Origin: an uncultured Chthoniobacterales bacterium
Lineage (GTDB): Bacteria; Verrucomicrobiota; Verrucomicrobiia; Chthoniobacterales; CAKUMP01
Length of the DNA: 47,733 bases
Reading direction: 5' to 3'
Assembly: GCA_934667795.1 (NCBI GenBank)
Contig: CAKUMP010000001.1
Span: forward strand, 1-47,733
The position numbers and the translations under genes are program-made. Numbering within the stretch: the first letter of the stretch is position 1; every line of letters starts with the position of its first letter. Below, in pieces: positions 1 through 10,296 of the stretch. Under the pieces are notes generated by a model. That model was not told the origin of the DNA. It saw only the letters and a program-made list of their open reading frames with translations, and searched no databases.

Positions 1-1
1 C

Positions 2-577
2 GATAATATTACGATGTTGTCTCTGGTGCTGACGGGGGCAGCCTTGTTACGGGAACGCGAACGCGGGACGATGGAACATTTATTGGCCATGCCTGTGACG
101 CCCTTTGAAATTATGGCTGCAAAAGTCTGGTCCATGGGGACGCTGATCCTGGTGGCAAGTGGATTGTCCCTGCAGTTTGTGGTTCGTGGGGTGCTGGATG
201 TCCCCATTGACGGCTCGATTGGATTATTTCTTACGGGCGCAGCACTACATTTATTTGCCTCTACCTCAATGGGGATTTTCCTGGGAACCGTCTCCCGTTC
301 CATGCCGCAATTCGGATTGTTACTCATGATGGTCCTCCTGCCGCTTCAGATTCTTTCCGGAGGAATGACACCACAGGAAAGCATGCCTGATGCCGTGCGT
401 ATGATTATGTCCATCACCCCGAACCCACACTTTGTAAGCCTGGCCCAGGCCGTTTTGTATCGCGGCGCTGGATTCTCCATCATCTGGCCCCAACTCGTTG
501 CCCTCCTTGTCATCGGCTTCATCCTCTTTACCCTCTCTCTCTCCCGCTTCCGCAAATCCCTTTCCACCATGGGATAA
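2..577 (+). CDS. ABC-2 type transporter permease, C-terminal part (5' end lies outside the window)
   Basis: The frame is open from position 2. The protein is hydrophobic and polytopic, with an ABC-2/YhhJ-like C-terminal pattern (LSGGMTPQESMP...HFVSLAQAVLYRGAGF). Confidence 0.75.
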   Translation, partial: DNITMLSLVLTGAALLRERERGTMEHLLAMPVTPFEIMAAKVWSMGTLILVASGLSLQFVVRGVLDVPIDGSIGLFLTGAALHLFASTSMGIFLGTVSRSMPQFGLLLMMVLLPLQILSGGMTPQESMPDAVRMIMSITPNPHFVSLAQAVLYRGAGFSIIWPQLVALLVIGFILFTLSLSRFRKSLSTMG

Positions 578-702
578 TCCCCCCTGGGAGCAACAAGTCC
601 CGGGGTGCCCCACCTCCCAGTTCTTTTCCTTATTTCAAACAAAAAACATTGCTAACACATTATCCGAGTCTAACATATTTCAGACGTTTAAACGGACTAT
701 TC

Positions 703-2040
703 ATGACACAAAAAAAGACAGGCATACGCGTATTACACACAGCAGACTGGCATTTGGGACGGATGCTCTATGGACGAAAACGCAGTGAGGAATTCGAAAA
801 GTTTTTAGCCTGGTTACTGACAATATTAGACCAGGAAAACATCGATGTTTTACTCATCGCGGGCGATATCTTCGACACCGGGACGCCGAGTAATCAAATG
901 CAGGAATTATATTATGACTTCCTGGGAAAAGTCCGGACGACTGGCTGCCGACACGTGGTGGTCGTTTCCGGCAACCATGACTCCCCTACTTTTCTGGATG
1001 CTCCCCGGCAAGTGTTTCGACATCTGGATGTGCACGTGATCGGAACCGCTGATGCCAGCGGAAAAGAGGAGGTAATCGGATTACGCAACGCAGAAGGAGA
1101 TCTGGAACTCATCGTGGGTGCAGTCCCGTATTTGCGCGATCGCGATGTGAGAATCTCGGAAGCAGGCGAAAGCATTGCAGATAAAGACCAGAAAATGGTC
1201 GAAGGGATTCGACAGCACTACGCGCAAGTTGCAGAACTTGCACAGAAAATGCAACAGGAAGCCAATGCAAATATCCCAATCCTGGGAATGGGACACCTCT
1301 TTGTCGCCGGGGGCAAAACCGTCGATGGGGATGGCGTCCGCGAACTTTATGTCGGAACATTAGGACATGTGGGTGTGGATATTTTCCCGGAAATTTTTGA
1401 CTACGTAGCATTAGGACATTTGCATGTGCCACAAATTGTCCATGGAATAGAACGCATTCGCTACAGCGGAAGTCCGATTTCGATGGGATTCGGCGAAGTC
1501 GGACAAAAAAAGTCTGTTGTTTTACTGGATATTTCCTCAAGTACAAATGCTGTCGAAATAAAAGTGCCGGTCGCGCAGAGTGCCGACTCCACAGATCAAG
1601 GCATCATCCAGAACCCATCGACTGGCACACAAATCAATTGGAGACTCCTCCCCATTCCGTTATTCCAACGACTGGAAATCGTCCGCGGCCCATTGGAGGA
1701 CATCCTGGCGAAGTTAGGAGCATTACAGGCAGAGGATGAAATGATCTGGCTGGAAGTCACCCATGACGGAAAAGAACAAGTGCCGGACCTACGCAAACAA
1801 TTGGACGACTGTGCGGAAGGAAGCAAACTGGAGTTTCTGCGTATCCGTGACCTTGTGAATTCGGCAGGAATCCTGACCGCTTCCCAGAATATGGAATCCC
1901 TGGATTCTCTCTCCCGGGAAGAAGTCTTCCAGCGTTGTCTCGACGCCAACCATGTCACAGAAGAAGAACAAAAAGAACTCCGCCAGGCCTACCAGGAAAT
2001 CCTCCAAAAAATCGACGAAGCCGACCCGTTAGCTATATGA
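703..2040 (+). CDS. sbcD: Exonuclease SbcCD, nuclease subunit SbcD (calcineurin-like phosphoesterase)
   Basis: Motifs seen: IRVLHTADWHLG, LIAGDIFD, VVVSGNHD, GHLH. It sits directly upstream of sbcC. The ATG at 703 is preferred over the ORF-track start at 649. Confidence 0.9.
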   Translation: MTQKKTGIRVLHTADWHLGRMLYGRKRSEEFEKFLAWLLTILDQENIDVLLIAGDIFDTGTPSNQMQELYYDFLGKVRTTGCRHVVVVSGNHDSPTFLDAPRQVFRHLDVHVIGTADASGKEEVIGLRNAEGDLELIVGAVPYLRDRDVRISEAGESIADKDQKMVEGIRQHYAQVAELAQKMQQEANANIPILGMGHLFVAGGKTVDGDGVRELYVGTLGHVGVDIFPEIFDYVALGHLHVPQIVHGIERIRYSGSPISMGFGEVGQKKSVVLLDISSSTNAVEIKVPVAQSADSTDQGIIQNPSTGTQINWRLLPIPLFQRLEIVRGPLEDILAKLGALQAEDEMIWLEVTHDGKEQVPDLRKQLDDCAEGSKLEFLRIRDLVNSAGILTASQNMESLDSLSREEVFQRCLDANHVTEEEQKELRQAYQEILQKIDEADPLAI

Positions 2041-2050
2041 ATTTTTATCA

Positions 2051-5000
2051 ATGAAAATATTGAAGTTACGCTTTAAAAACCTCAATTCTCTTGCAGGAGA
2101 ATGGGAAGTTGATTTTCAATCGTCTGAATATACGGATCAGGGGATTTTTGTCATTACCGGACCCACTGGCGCTGGCAAAAGCACCTTATTGGACGCAATT
2201 TGTCTGGCACTTTACGGACGTACCCCGCGTTTGGATAAAATTAGCAAACAGGAAAACGAAGTGATGTCACGTCGGACCGGTGAATGCCTGGCAGAAGTGA
2301 CATTTTCCTGTCGTGACGGACGTTATCGCAGTTGCTGGAGCCAGCGGCGCGCGCATACAAAACCGGATGGTGAATTACAATCTGCAAAGCATGAACTGAT
2401 AAATGACGAAACCGGCGAGATCCTGGAAAATTCTCTGCGAGGCGTGATGGCAAAACTCCCGGAGCTGACAGGATTAGAGTACACGCAGTTTACCCGTTCG
2501 ATCCTTCTGGCACAGGGAAGCTTTGCGGCATTCCTGCAAGCGTCCACCAGCGAACGCGCTCCCATTCTGGAACAAATCACCGGTACCGAAATTTATAGCG
2601 AGATTTCTACAGAAGTTCATAAACGACAAGCCGAGGAACAGACAAAATTAGTCCAACTGGAACAGGAAATGGCTGGTATTCCGGTTCTGACACCAGATGA
2701 AGAAAGCCAGATACTGGAAGATCTCGCAGCAAAAGAAAAAGAAGAAGCAGAAGCCACTACTCATAGGAATAAAATCCATACTGCCATTACCTGGAAAAAA
2801 GGAATCAACGAGCTGACACAAGAAATTCAAAGCTTGTCTGAAGAACACACCCGGCTGGATCTAACTCTTCAAAACTTCCAGGATGATCGCAACAGGCTTG
2901 CTTTGGCCAACAAAGCACTTCCTCTAGAGTCGGCTTACGAGACATTGCTGATGTCAAAAAACGGACAAAAAGCCGACCAGACACGGCTGGAAGAGATACA
3001 GGAAGCATTGCCGCGATTACAAGCAGCATTGACGACACAACAGCAGAATTTAAAATTTGCGGAGGAGCAAGTTCAGGTTGCGAAAAAGGAGTTGGATAAA
3101 GCAATACCCTTGATTAAACAGGTACGCGCACTCGATTTGCAACTGGAGGAAAGACAAAAAGGAATCACGCAGGCTAAGACAGATTTTGAGGAAAATGTCA
3201 AGAAAATTGCGACTAGCAAAAAACGGCGTGAAGAGGCAGAAGTAGGGTGTCGCCAGCAGATGGTTCTGCAAGAACAGGTGAGAAAATATCTGGCAGAGAA
3301 CGAGAGCGACGCCTGGCTGGTAGCTGGTCTGGCAGGAATCCGTCAGCAGGGGGAACGGTTGGAAGATAAACAAAAAGACATCAAATCCAGACGACAGGAA
3401 TGCACGAAGGAAGAAAAAGAAATTGCGGAAATTGAGAAACGACTGACAACAATCCAGGCGCAGCATCAAACACATGAACAGCACTGTAAGGAGCAGGCGC
3501 ATACGCTTCAGGAAAAAGAAAAAGCGAATGCAGGAATGCTGGCAGGGCGTTTGTTGTCAGAATACCGCAGAGAAAAGGATGGCTTGCTGCGTGAACATGC
3601 ATTGCTCATGAGGGTTGCAGAGCTGGAGGCGCATCGCACCAAACTGGAAGATGGAAAAGAATGTCCGCTTTGCGGATCCCTGGAACATCCATACGCAAAA
3701 GGAAATCTCCCGGTGCCAGATGAGACAGAAAAAGAAATCGAACGTCTGACCCGCTTTATTGCAACTCTGGAAAATCAGGAAACACAAATTCAGAAAGAAA
3801 AAGAAAGTCAGAGTAAATTTCAGGAAAAATTATTGGATCTGCGCCACCAGAAAGAACGTATGGAGGTAGAGAAAAACGAGAAGGACAAAAAGTGTATTCG
3901 CTTCCGACAGGAGATTCAAAAACTGGAAGAAGAATTTGGCGCTTTAAAACAAAATATTCTGATTCAACTTCAACCATTAGGCATTCAGGAAGTTTCTGAT
4001 GAGAAAATTCCCGAATTGCTGAATTCTCTGGAGAAACGTCATGCTGCCTGGGTGGAGTACCAGCGTAAACAATCTGATTTTGAAAAACAGATATCCTTAT
4101 GCCGCGCACACGTTCAGAAGCAAACGGCGGTGGTGGATACGCTCACCCAGGAACTGGAAGATAAACAAAAACGTCTGGACGATCTGCGGGAAGAATTTTC
4201 TAAAGGACAGAAAAACCGTGAGGAAATATACGGCGGAAAAAATCCGGATGAGGAAGAGCGCCAGTTAACGAACGGGATTGTTCGGGCCGAAAAAAAGGTG
4301 AACGACTCGAGAGAAGCTTTGCAGGAGGTGATACAAAAATGGACCAAGGCGGAGTCGGAGATACAAACATTAGAAAAACGGATTGAAGAAAAAGTAGAAG
4401 AGATTATCCGTCGGACATCCACTTTTTCAACATCGCTCACAACTGCCGGCTTCAAGGATGAAGAACAATTTCTCCAGGCACGTTTGTCGATACAGGAACG
4501 CGAAACCCTGGATGCCAGGGCGAAGGAGTTAGATGCACAAAAATTGCAGATCGAAACCCGATTGAAGGACCGTCGAGAACAGTTGGAAAAGGAACAGAAA
4601 AAAGAAGTTTCGGATCAACCCTTGGAAAGTCTGGAATCACAGTTGCAGCAACAGGAAGAATTGTTGAAGCAATGCCGGGAGATGATTGCGAACTTTAAAC
4701 ACCGGCTGACAGAAAATAAAAAAGCACAAGAACGCGCACAAGGAAAACAGGCATTGATTGACGCACAAAAACGGGAATGTTCGCGCTGGGATAAATTGCA
4801 TCGTTTGATTGGATCTGCTGACGGGAAAAAGTTCCGGAATTTTGCCCAGGGGCTGACATTTGAAATTATGATCGGACATGCCAATCAGCAGTTACAAAAA
4901 ATGACCGATCGTTATTTGTTGATCCGGAATTCGGAAGAACCTCTGGAATTAAATGTATTGGATCAATATCAGGCGGGAGAAAAACGATCGACGAAAAACC

Positions 5001-5332
5001 TTTCCGGAGGAGAAAGTTTCATTGTGAGTCTGGCATTGGCTCTTGGGTTATCACAAATGGCCGGGCATAAGATTCAAATGGATTCCCTGTTCCTGGATGA
5101 AGGCTTCGGGACATTGGATGAAGAAGCACTGGAGGTGGCGTTGAATATGCTCTCAAGCCTCCATCAGGAAGACAAAATGATCGGTGTGATTTCTCACGTG
5201 GGTTCGCTGAAAGAAAGAATCCCAACGCAGATTCGTGTGATTCCAGGCACTGGAGGGCGCAGCGAGATTAAAGGTCCGGGGGTAAAGAGGTTGAATGGGG
5301 GGGAAGCGTTAGGATTCAGGATGGTTGAATGA
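2051..5332 (+). CDS. sbcC: Exonuclease SbcCD, ATPase subunit SbcC (SMC/Rad50-like)
   Basis: Has an N-terminal Walker A (GPTGAGKST), a very long coiled coil with a zinc hook (CPLCG), and a C-terminal signature LSGGE plus Walker B (LFLDEGFGTLD). Confidence 0.92.
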   Translation: MKILKLRFKNLNSLAGEWEVDFQSSEYTDQGIFVITGPTGAGKSTLLDAICLALYGRTPRLDKISKQENEVMSRRTGECLAEVTFSCRDGRYRSCWSQRRAHTKPDGELQSAKHELINDETGEILENSLRGVMAKLPELTGLEYTQFTRSILLAQGSFAAFLQASTSERAPILEQITGTEIYSEISTEVHKRQAEEQTKLVQLEQEMAGIPVLTPDEESQILEDLAAKEKEEAEATTHRNKIHTAITWKKGINELTQEIQSLSEEHTRLDLTLQNFQDDRNRLALANKALPLESAYETLLMSKNGQKADQTRLEEIQEALPRLQAALTTQQQNLKFAEEQVQVAKKELDKAIPLIKQVRALDLQLEERQKGITQAKTDFEENVKKIATSKKRREEAEVGCRQQMVLQEQVRKYLAENESDAWLVAGLAGIRQQGERLEDKQKDIKSRRQECTKEEKEIAEIEKRLTTIQAQHQTHEQHCKEQAHTLQEKEKANAGMLAGRLLSEYRREKDGLLREHALLMRVAELEAHRTKLEDGKECPLCGSLEHPYAKGNLPVPDETEKEIERLTRFIATLENQETQIQKEKESQSKFQEKLLDLRHQKERMEVEKNEKDKKCIRFRQEIQKLEEEFGALKQNILIQLQPLGIQEVSDEKIPELLNSLEKRHAAWVEYQRKQSDFEKQISLCRAHVQKQTAVVDTLTQELEDKQKRLDDLREEFSKGQKNREEIYGGKNPDEEERQLTNGIVRAEKKVNDSREALQEVIQKWTKAESEIQTLEKRIEEKVEEIIRRTSTFSTSLTTAGFKDEEQFLQARLSIQERETLDARAKELDAQKLQIETRLKDRREQLEKEQKKEVSDQPLESLESQLQQQEELLKQCREMIANFKHRLTENKKAQERAQGKQALIDAQKRECSRWDKLHRLIGSADGKKFRNFAQGLTFEIMIGHANQQLQKMTDRYLLIRNSEEPLELNVLDQYQAGEKRSTKNLSGGESFIVSLALALGLSQMAGHKIQMDSLFLDEGFGTLDEEALEVALNMLSSLHQEDKMIGVISHVGSLKERIPTQIRVIPGTGGRSEIKGPGVKRLNGGEALGFRMVE

Positions 5333-5334
5333 AT

Positions 5335-5362
5335 ACGGACGGAGTGGACGGAATGGACAGAG
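5335..5362. repeat. Left inverted array of a 9-mer repeat flanking four-helix-bundle cassette 1
   Basis: The sequence is acggacggagtggacggaatggacagag. Its reverse complement contains cgtccactccgtcc, identical to part of the right array at 5974-6018. Confidence 0.8.
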
Positions 5363-5364
5363 TT

Positions 5365-5952
5365 TTATGAGGAGCGTTTTCGTCTGGTGTTGCGGATATT
5401 GTACAGGCGTTCGGTAAAACCGCCTTTTTGTTCGAAATCCCGGGCCAATCGCTCAACCTGACGGTCGAGAAGGGAGCAGGCGACTGCCAGGAGTACCAGC
5501 GTGGCATTGGCGGAAAACTCAGGGTAGGTTCTTGTGGGAAGGGTGTGTTCCGGGTGGAGCTTTTTGACGGTTTCGATGATCCACGCAGCGACTTCATTGG
5601 CAGTTTGGCAGCGACGCTTGATGAGTTGCCGGCGGAGCGGGTTTGTATATTCCCATTGTGGGAGTTTCCGTTGTCGTAGAAAATCTTCGTAATCCAATTT
5701 GAGCTCTTCCAGGCTGGCGCGTGCCACCTGGGTGAGCTTGAGCTCGGTCTTTTTTGAGGTTGCAGACGCCTGTGAGCCTTCGGCGATATTTTGCACGCCG
5801 GATCTCGCAGCCTGGATCATCTGGTCGCGGGTACGACTGCGAGGGTGGATATATTTGTCGCAAAACCGAACCGTGATATCATACACCAACTGAGCTATCT
5901 GAAAACTTTTCAACCTGCGATAGCCACCATGTTTGGAAATCAAATCAGACAT
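5365..5952 (-). CDS. Four helix bundle protein (23S rRNA intervening-sequence protein family) with a C-terminal suffix domain
   Basis: Motifs seen: YRRLKSFQIAQLVYDITVRFCDKY...QMIQAARSGVQNIAEG...ASLEELKLDYEDFL. These are typical of the TIGR02436-type family. Confidence 0.8.
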   Translation of the reverse strand: MSDLISKHGGYRRLKSFQIAQLVYDITVRFCDKYIHPRSRTRDQMIQAARSGVQNIAEGSQASATSKKTELKLTQVARASLEELKLDYEDFLRQRKLPQWEYTNPLRRQLIKRRCQTANEVAAWIIETVKKLHPEHTLPTRTYPEFSANATLVLLAVACSLLDRQVERLARDFEQKGGFTERLYNIRNTRRKRSS

Positions 5953-5973
5953 GCCACCTCCTTTGAAGTTGCA

Positions 5974-6018
5974 CGTCCACTCCGTCCACTCCGTCCACTC
6001 TGTCCACTCTGTCCACTG
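5974..6018. repeat. Right inverted array, 5 copies of the 9-mer YGTCCACTS
   Basis: The copies are cgtccactc x3, tgtccactc and tgtccactg. The array is inverted relative to 5335-5362. Confidence 0.85.
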
Positions 6019-6075
6019 TCTTGATTTTTAAAAACGCTATCATTATTCACTCCGTGCTCTTTATTTGATCGGGTT

Positions 6076-6109
6076 ATTTCGTACGGTATTCGTACGGTAT
6101 TCGTACGGG
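6076..6109. repeat. Tandem 11-mer repeat (ATTCGTACGGT, 3 copies)
   Basis: Read directly as atttcgtacggt attcgtacggt attcgtacggg. Confidence 0.8.
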
Positions 6110-6334
6110 TCAAATGCCCGGAGAGCCGGGGTTGTGGTTGGAATTACGTTTAAAAAAACGGGGAGGGAGCGACGACCTGGCGCACAACAGTCTCAAAGCC
6201 CGTGTTCCTCACAAATAAACGCTGAAGTTATCTTGCGCAACCATTTTTCGACTTCAGGTGTGGGAAGGGAGAAAGGAAAAGGAAATAGCTGCGCCACAGG
6301 GGTGGGGGAGCAGGTGGACAAGTTTGACGTTGAA

Positions 6335-7882
6335 ATGGAGAAATGGTATTTCCATGAAATGAAGCAGAAATGGATGGTGCGTGGTGATATTGATGGTTTT
6401 TTTGGTTTGTTCATTGATAATTTACTGCAGTTGTTATTGATTATGACATTGGTTCCACTGGTCTGCGGGATTGAGGTGGATTTTTTGATGGAACGCGTGA
6501 TGCCGGCAGCGGCATTGTCTATTCTGGGAGGAAATTTGTTTTATGCCTGGCAGGCAAGGCGGTTGGCGGCTGCAACAGGACGCGCGGATGTGACAGCGCT
6601 TCCATACGGAATTAATACAGTAAGTCTGATTGCGTATATTTTTTTGATTATGGGGCCGATTTACCGGGAGACTGGCGATGCGAATCTGGCATGGAAAACG
6701 GGAGTGTTTGCGTGCCTGCTGAGTGCGGTGATGGAACTGGCAGGGGCATTTCTGGGAGATCCTCTACGCCGGCACACGCCGCGCGCGGCGTTACTGGCAA
6801 GTCTGGCGGGGATTGCGATTACGTTTATTTCGATGGGATTTGTGTTTCAGATTTTTGCTTCGCCTGCGGTGGGGCTGATCCCGATGTTATTGATTTTAGC
6901 GAGTTATGCGTCCCGGATAAAATTCCCGTTAGGGCTGCCCGGCGGATTGATCGCGGTGACGATTGGGGTCGCTATTGCCTGGGGGTTACGGTGGGCAGGA
7001 ATGGGGTTGGAGGCGCCTGCTGTCTCGCATGTGGCTTTTGGGTTGTATTTGCCTGTACCCGTGGTGGGGGAGGTGGTGGGGTTTTTGCTGGAACCGACCG
7101 GATGGAAATACCTGGCAGTTATTTTTCCGATGGGGTTGTTTAATGTGATTGGATCTTTGCAGGCATTGGAGAGTGCCGATGCAGCGGGAGACCATTTCCC
7201 CACAAAACCTTCCCTGGCGGCAAATGCGGTGGGCTCTTTTGTGGCCGCAATGTTTGGAAGTATGTTTCCTACGACATTGTATATTGGTCATCCCGGCTGG
7301 AAGGCGATGGGCGCCCGCTCAGCGTATTCTTCTATTAACGGCGTGGTGATTACTCTCCTATGTTTCGCTGGCGCTATTTCTTCGATCTTGTTGGTGATCC
7401 CGATCGAAGCGACATTAGGGATTTTGTTGTGGCTCGGTGTGATTATTACGGCACAGGCGTTCCAGGAAGTTCCTCGCTCTCATGCGCTGGCGGTAGCGGT
7501 CGGACTTGTCCCTGCGCTGGGTGCCTGGGCACTTTTCCTGATCGAAACTTCTCTTCGCGTCGCTGGAACGAATTTGTTCCAAACGGCATCAAAGTTCGGA
7601 AATGACCTTTTTATTTACGGAGTGATCGCACTTAACCAGGGCTTCATTTTGTCCTCCATGATCCTGGCAGCCGTGATGGTCCATATTATTGAACGAAATT
7701 TCAAATCTGCCGGACTCTGGTTGTTATCCGCCTCCGTCCTTTCCTGCTTCGGCCTGATCCACGCATTCGAACTGACAGCATTAGGCGTGCAAAATAAATT
7801 CGGATTCCTCGCCGCTCCCGAATTCACAGCAGGTTACGCGCTCGCTGGTCTCGCGATGTTCGCACTCAAACGCTTCGCGTAA
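6335..7882 (+). CDS. Polytopic permease, probably NCS2/AzgA-like (xanthine/uracil/vitamin C permease superfamily)
   Basis: About 12 predicted hydrophobic segments; DIDGFFGLFIDNL...LPYGINTV pattern. The ATG at 6335 (or 6359) is preferred. The TTG-initiated extension from 6065 runs through repeat-rich, non-protein-like sequence. Confidence 0.55.
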   Translation: MEKWYFHEMKQKWMVRGDIDGFFGLFIDNLLQLLLIMTLVPLVCGIEVDFLMERVMPAAALSILGGNLFYAWQARRLAAATGRADVTALPYGINTVSLIAYIFLIMGPIYRETGDANLAWKTGVFACLLSAVMELAGAFLGDPLRRHTPRAALLASLAGIAITFISMGFVFQIFASPAVGLIPMLLILASYASRIKFPLGLPGGLIAVTIGVAIAWGLRWAGMGLEAPAVSHVAFGLYLPVPVVGEVVGFLLEPTGWKYLAVIFPMGLFNVIGSLQALESADAAGDHFPTKPSLAANAVGSFVAAMFGSMFPTTLYIGHPGWKAMGARSAYSSINGVVITLLCFAGAISSILLVIPIEATLGILLWLGVIITAQAFQEVPRSHALAVAVGLVPALGAWALFLIETSLRVAGTNLFQTASKFGNDLFIYGVIALNQGFILSSMILAAVMVHIIERNFKSAGLWLLSASVLSCFGLIHAFELTALGVQNKFGFLAAPEFTAGYALAGLAMFALKRFA

Positions 7883-8084
7883 ACTCATGCGGATTGAGGT
7901 GGTACGCTTGGAGGAAGTTTCACACAAAGGAAATTTATCAAAGTCCAGAATACCTTTTCCGTGTCTTTGCGACCTTGTAGGTTTCTAGCCATGAGCGTTA
8001 TTCACAAATGCTCGGCAGGGCAAGGTAACTTATAAGAACTGGTATTCTTTACGTGGTGGCGGGTATTTGATGTGCTTGGACTGA

Positions 8085-9065
8085 TTATGTTTTTCCTGTC
8101 ATGACTGAGCTGATCAGCCATAGGGTATAGCAGAGATAAATCGACACAAGGGCTGCGCCTTCAAAGCGATTGATATGACCCCGGCGACCTCTGAATCCGT
8201 ACCCGATCAGGAAAAGAGAGAGGGTCAGGGTTCCCATTACGAGCATGTCACGTGAGAGTGTTTCCGGTTCCATTGCAAAGGGGTGGATCAATCCTGCAAT
8301 TCCGACAACGGCCAGTGTGTTGAACAGGTTTGATCCAAGCACATTTCCGAGAGCAATATCATGCTCACCCTTACGGGCGGCAATGACCGATGAAGCCAGC
8401 TCCGGCAAGGAGGTTCCGACAGCCACAATCGTCAAGCCGATGATCATGTCGCTGACTCCGAAAATCTGAGCAATTTCCACCGCTCCCCATACAAGGATGC
8501 GGGAGCTGGCAATGAGCAGCAGCAACCCGGCGACAAGCCAGAAAACAGCACGTTTGATCGGCATTTCTTTTTTGGCAGTTTCAGATTCAACCTCTTTGGC
8601 CAGCGTATCTGTTTTTTGCTGGAGGCCCTGCATGATGGTCCATACTATCAGACCGGCAAAGACCAGGAGCAAAATAATCGCATCCAAGCGTGACAGTTCG
8701 AGATCTGCGAGAAGGAACACCGTGAGAATCGTGACGAGTGTCAGGATGGGAAGCTCCTTGCGTAAAACCGTAGAATGCACCATAATCGGATTAATTAAAG
8801 CAGACACGCCGAGGATTAATGCGATATTGCAAATATTGGAGCCATACGCATTCCCAAGGGCAATTCCTGCATTTCCATCGATCGAAGCCAACATGGAAAC
8901 CACCATTTCCGGTGCGGAAGTTCCGAATCCAATGATCACCATGCCAATCAACAACGGGGGCACGCGGAAATAGCGTGCCAGGGAAGCCGAACTTTCAACG
9001 AAACGGTCTGCACTCCACACGAGGAGTATCAGTCCGGTTATTAGAGCCACAATCGGGAGTATCAT
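8085..9065 (-). CDS. Calcium/sodium antiporter (CaCA family, YrbG-like)
   Basis: Two alpha-repeat motifs are present (GTSAPEMVVS and GTSLPELASS), each followed by GNxxGSN. The ATG at 9065 is preferred over the GTG at 9101. Confidence 0.85.
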   Translation of the reverse strand: MILPIVALITGLILLVWSADRFVESSASLARYFRVPPLLIGMVIIGFGTSAPEMVVSMLASIDGNAGIALGNAYGSNICNIALILGVSALINPIMVHSTVLRKELPILTLVTILTVFLLADLELSRLDAIILLLVFAGLIVWTIMQGLQQKTDTLAKEVESETAKKEMPIKRAVFWLVAGLLLLIASSRILVWGAVEIAQIFGVSDMIIGLTIVAVGTSLPELASSVIAARKGEHDIALGNVLGSNLFNTLAVVGIAGLIHPFAMEPETLSRDMLVMGTLTLSLFLIGYGFRGRRGHINRFEGAALVSIYLCYTLWLISSVMTGKT

Positions 9066-9358
9066 AAGAGCAACCCCTCTGCAAGTTGTCCTAAAAAACA
9101 CCCTTGTGCGTTAGAAAACTGATCAGATGAAAATGGGACAGCGGATGAAGTCATAATGAAACCTGGAACACGTGGGATGTATCAGCGCTTTTAATAAAGC
9201 TGATAATCGTCTTTTAGAAAAGATCATAATAATGGTTGTGTGATAGAGGGCTGATCTGTCAAGAATATTGCTTTTGAGGAAAGGTTCCGGCTATTGAAGA
9301 AATTAAAGGAATTTTAAAGCAGTAAAAAAGACACATCTGATGAGCACCAATTGTAAAT

Positions 9359-9500
9359 GTGAATGCCTCGCCGAAATTGATCTTTTCCTGCTCCGACACT
9401 GCTGATGTAGGGGCAGTAGCAGATCAGGCTGCCCGTAAATTGATTCGCGATGGAGTCGCAAAATGTTTTGCCTTGATCCGCATCGGATTTGCACTGGGTA
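9359..9500 (+). pseudogene. Remnant of a DGC-domain (putative zinc-binding) protein of the kind found in ars clusters
   Basis: The N-terminal segment KLIFSCSDTADVGAVADQAARKLIRDGVAK resembles the start of DGC-domain proteins. The rest does not look protein-like. Confidence 0.4.
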
Positions 9501-9501
9501 A

Positions 9502-9795
9502 GCATTCAGTAAAGCCGGACAAAAGAACCATGTCATTGCTTCAGGCTTTCTCTATTCCGCAGGACGAACGATTGCCTATGTGCTTCTGGGTCTCGTCATC
9601 ACGGCCGGAATGCTCGGGAGTGCAGAAGCGTCCTGCTTCCTGCAGAAATACATGAACGAAGCCTTCGGGCCGATTCTGATCATCCGGGGTCTCGTGCTCC
9701 TTGGCTGGATCGGGGCCGGTGCATCTCTACACATCAGCGCAGAAAAGCTTCAGGAAAAGGCAAAAAAGGTGGGTTGCTATGGGCTGTTTGTTTAA
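9502..9795 (+). pseudogene. Remnant of a CcdA/DsbD_2-like membrane permease commonly linked to ars operons
   Basis: The frame opens after the TAA at 9499. It reads ...GFLYSAGRTIAYVLLGLVITAGMLGSAEASCFLQKYMNEAFGPILIIRGLVLLG and stops early. Only about 97 codons remain and there is no start for the full-length protein. Confidence 0.45.
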
Positions 9796-9848
9796 TTTTC
9801 GCTAAAATCCACAAATGAATTTGACCGGGGGGCTTTTTTTTACATATA

Positions 9849-9876
9849 TTACATAGATACTTGGCTAAGTATGTAA
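9849..9876. promoter_or_regulatory. Imperfect palindrome upstream of arsR, candidate ArsR operator
   Basis: The site is TTACATAGATACTTGGCTAAGTATGTAA. The outer 7 nt are perfectly inverted (TTACATA/TATGTAA) and 9 of 14 positions pair overall. It lies 17 nt upstream of the arsR ATG. Confidence 0.35.
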
Positions 9877-9892
9877 ATAAAAGAGATTATAC

Positions 9893-10261
9893 ATGAACAA
9901 ATTGACAGCAATTTTCAAGGCACTGTCCGACCGAAACCGGCTTCGGATCGTAGCTGCGCTTTTGAAGCAGGACGAGTTGTGCGCCTGCCAGCTGACCGAG
10001 CTGATTCAGGTAACCGGAGCGACAGCTTCACGTCACATGGGAGTGCTGATTTCATCCGGTTTGGTGGATAGCCGCAAAGATGGGCGCTGGGTCTATTACC
10101 GGCTTTGTCGGAAGCAAACGGATTTAGGCATTCTGATCGACTGGGTTGAGTCTCAACTCAGCAACGATCCGGATGCCATATCGGATGCGACGACCCTCAC
10201 GGATATCACATCGTGTGAGCCGGAGGATTTGTGTAGAAAACAACGTGGCGATGTGTGTTGA
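9893..10261 (+). CDS. arsR: ArsR/SmtB family metalloregulator
   Basis: Has a winged HTH (LSDRNRLRIVAALL...ELCACQLTELIQVTGATASRHMGVL) with a CxC metalloid-site motif. It heads the ars genes. Confidence 0.88.
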   Translation: MNKLTAIFKALSDRNRLRIVAALLKQDELCACQLTELIQVTGATASRHMGVLISSGLVDSRKDGRWVYYRLCRKQTDLGILIDWVESQLSNDPDAISDATTLTDITSCEPEDLCRKQRGDVC

Positions 10262-10296
10262 CGAAAAAATAAAACAACCAATCCAGGAGACAAATT

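Noticed and set aside
6065-6334. TTG-initiated 90-codon N-terminal extension of the permease
   Set aside because: It runs through the 11-mer tandem repeat and Arg/Gly/Ser-rich sequence with no hydrophobic or conserved character. An ATG at 6335 lies shortly before the first TM region.
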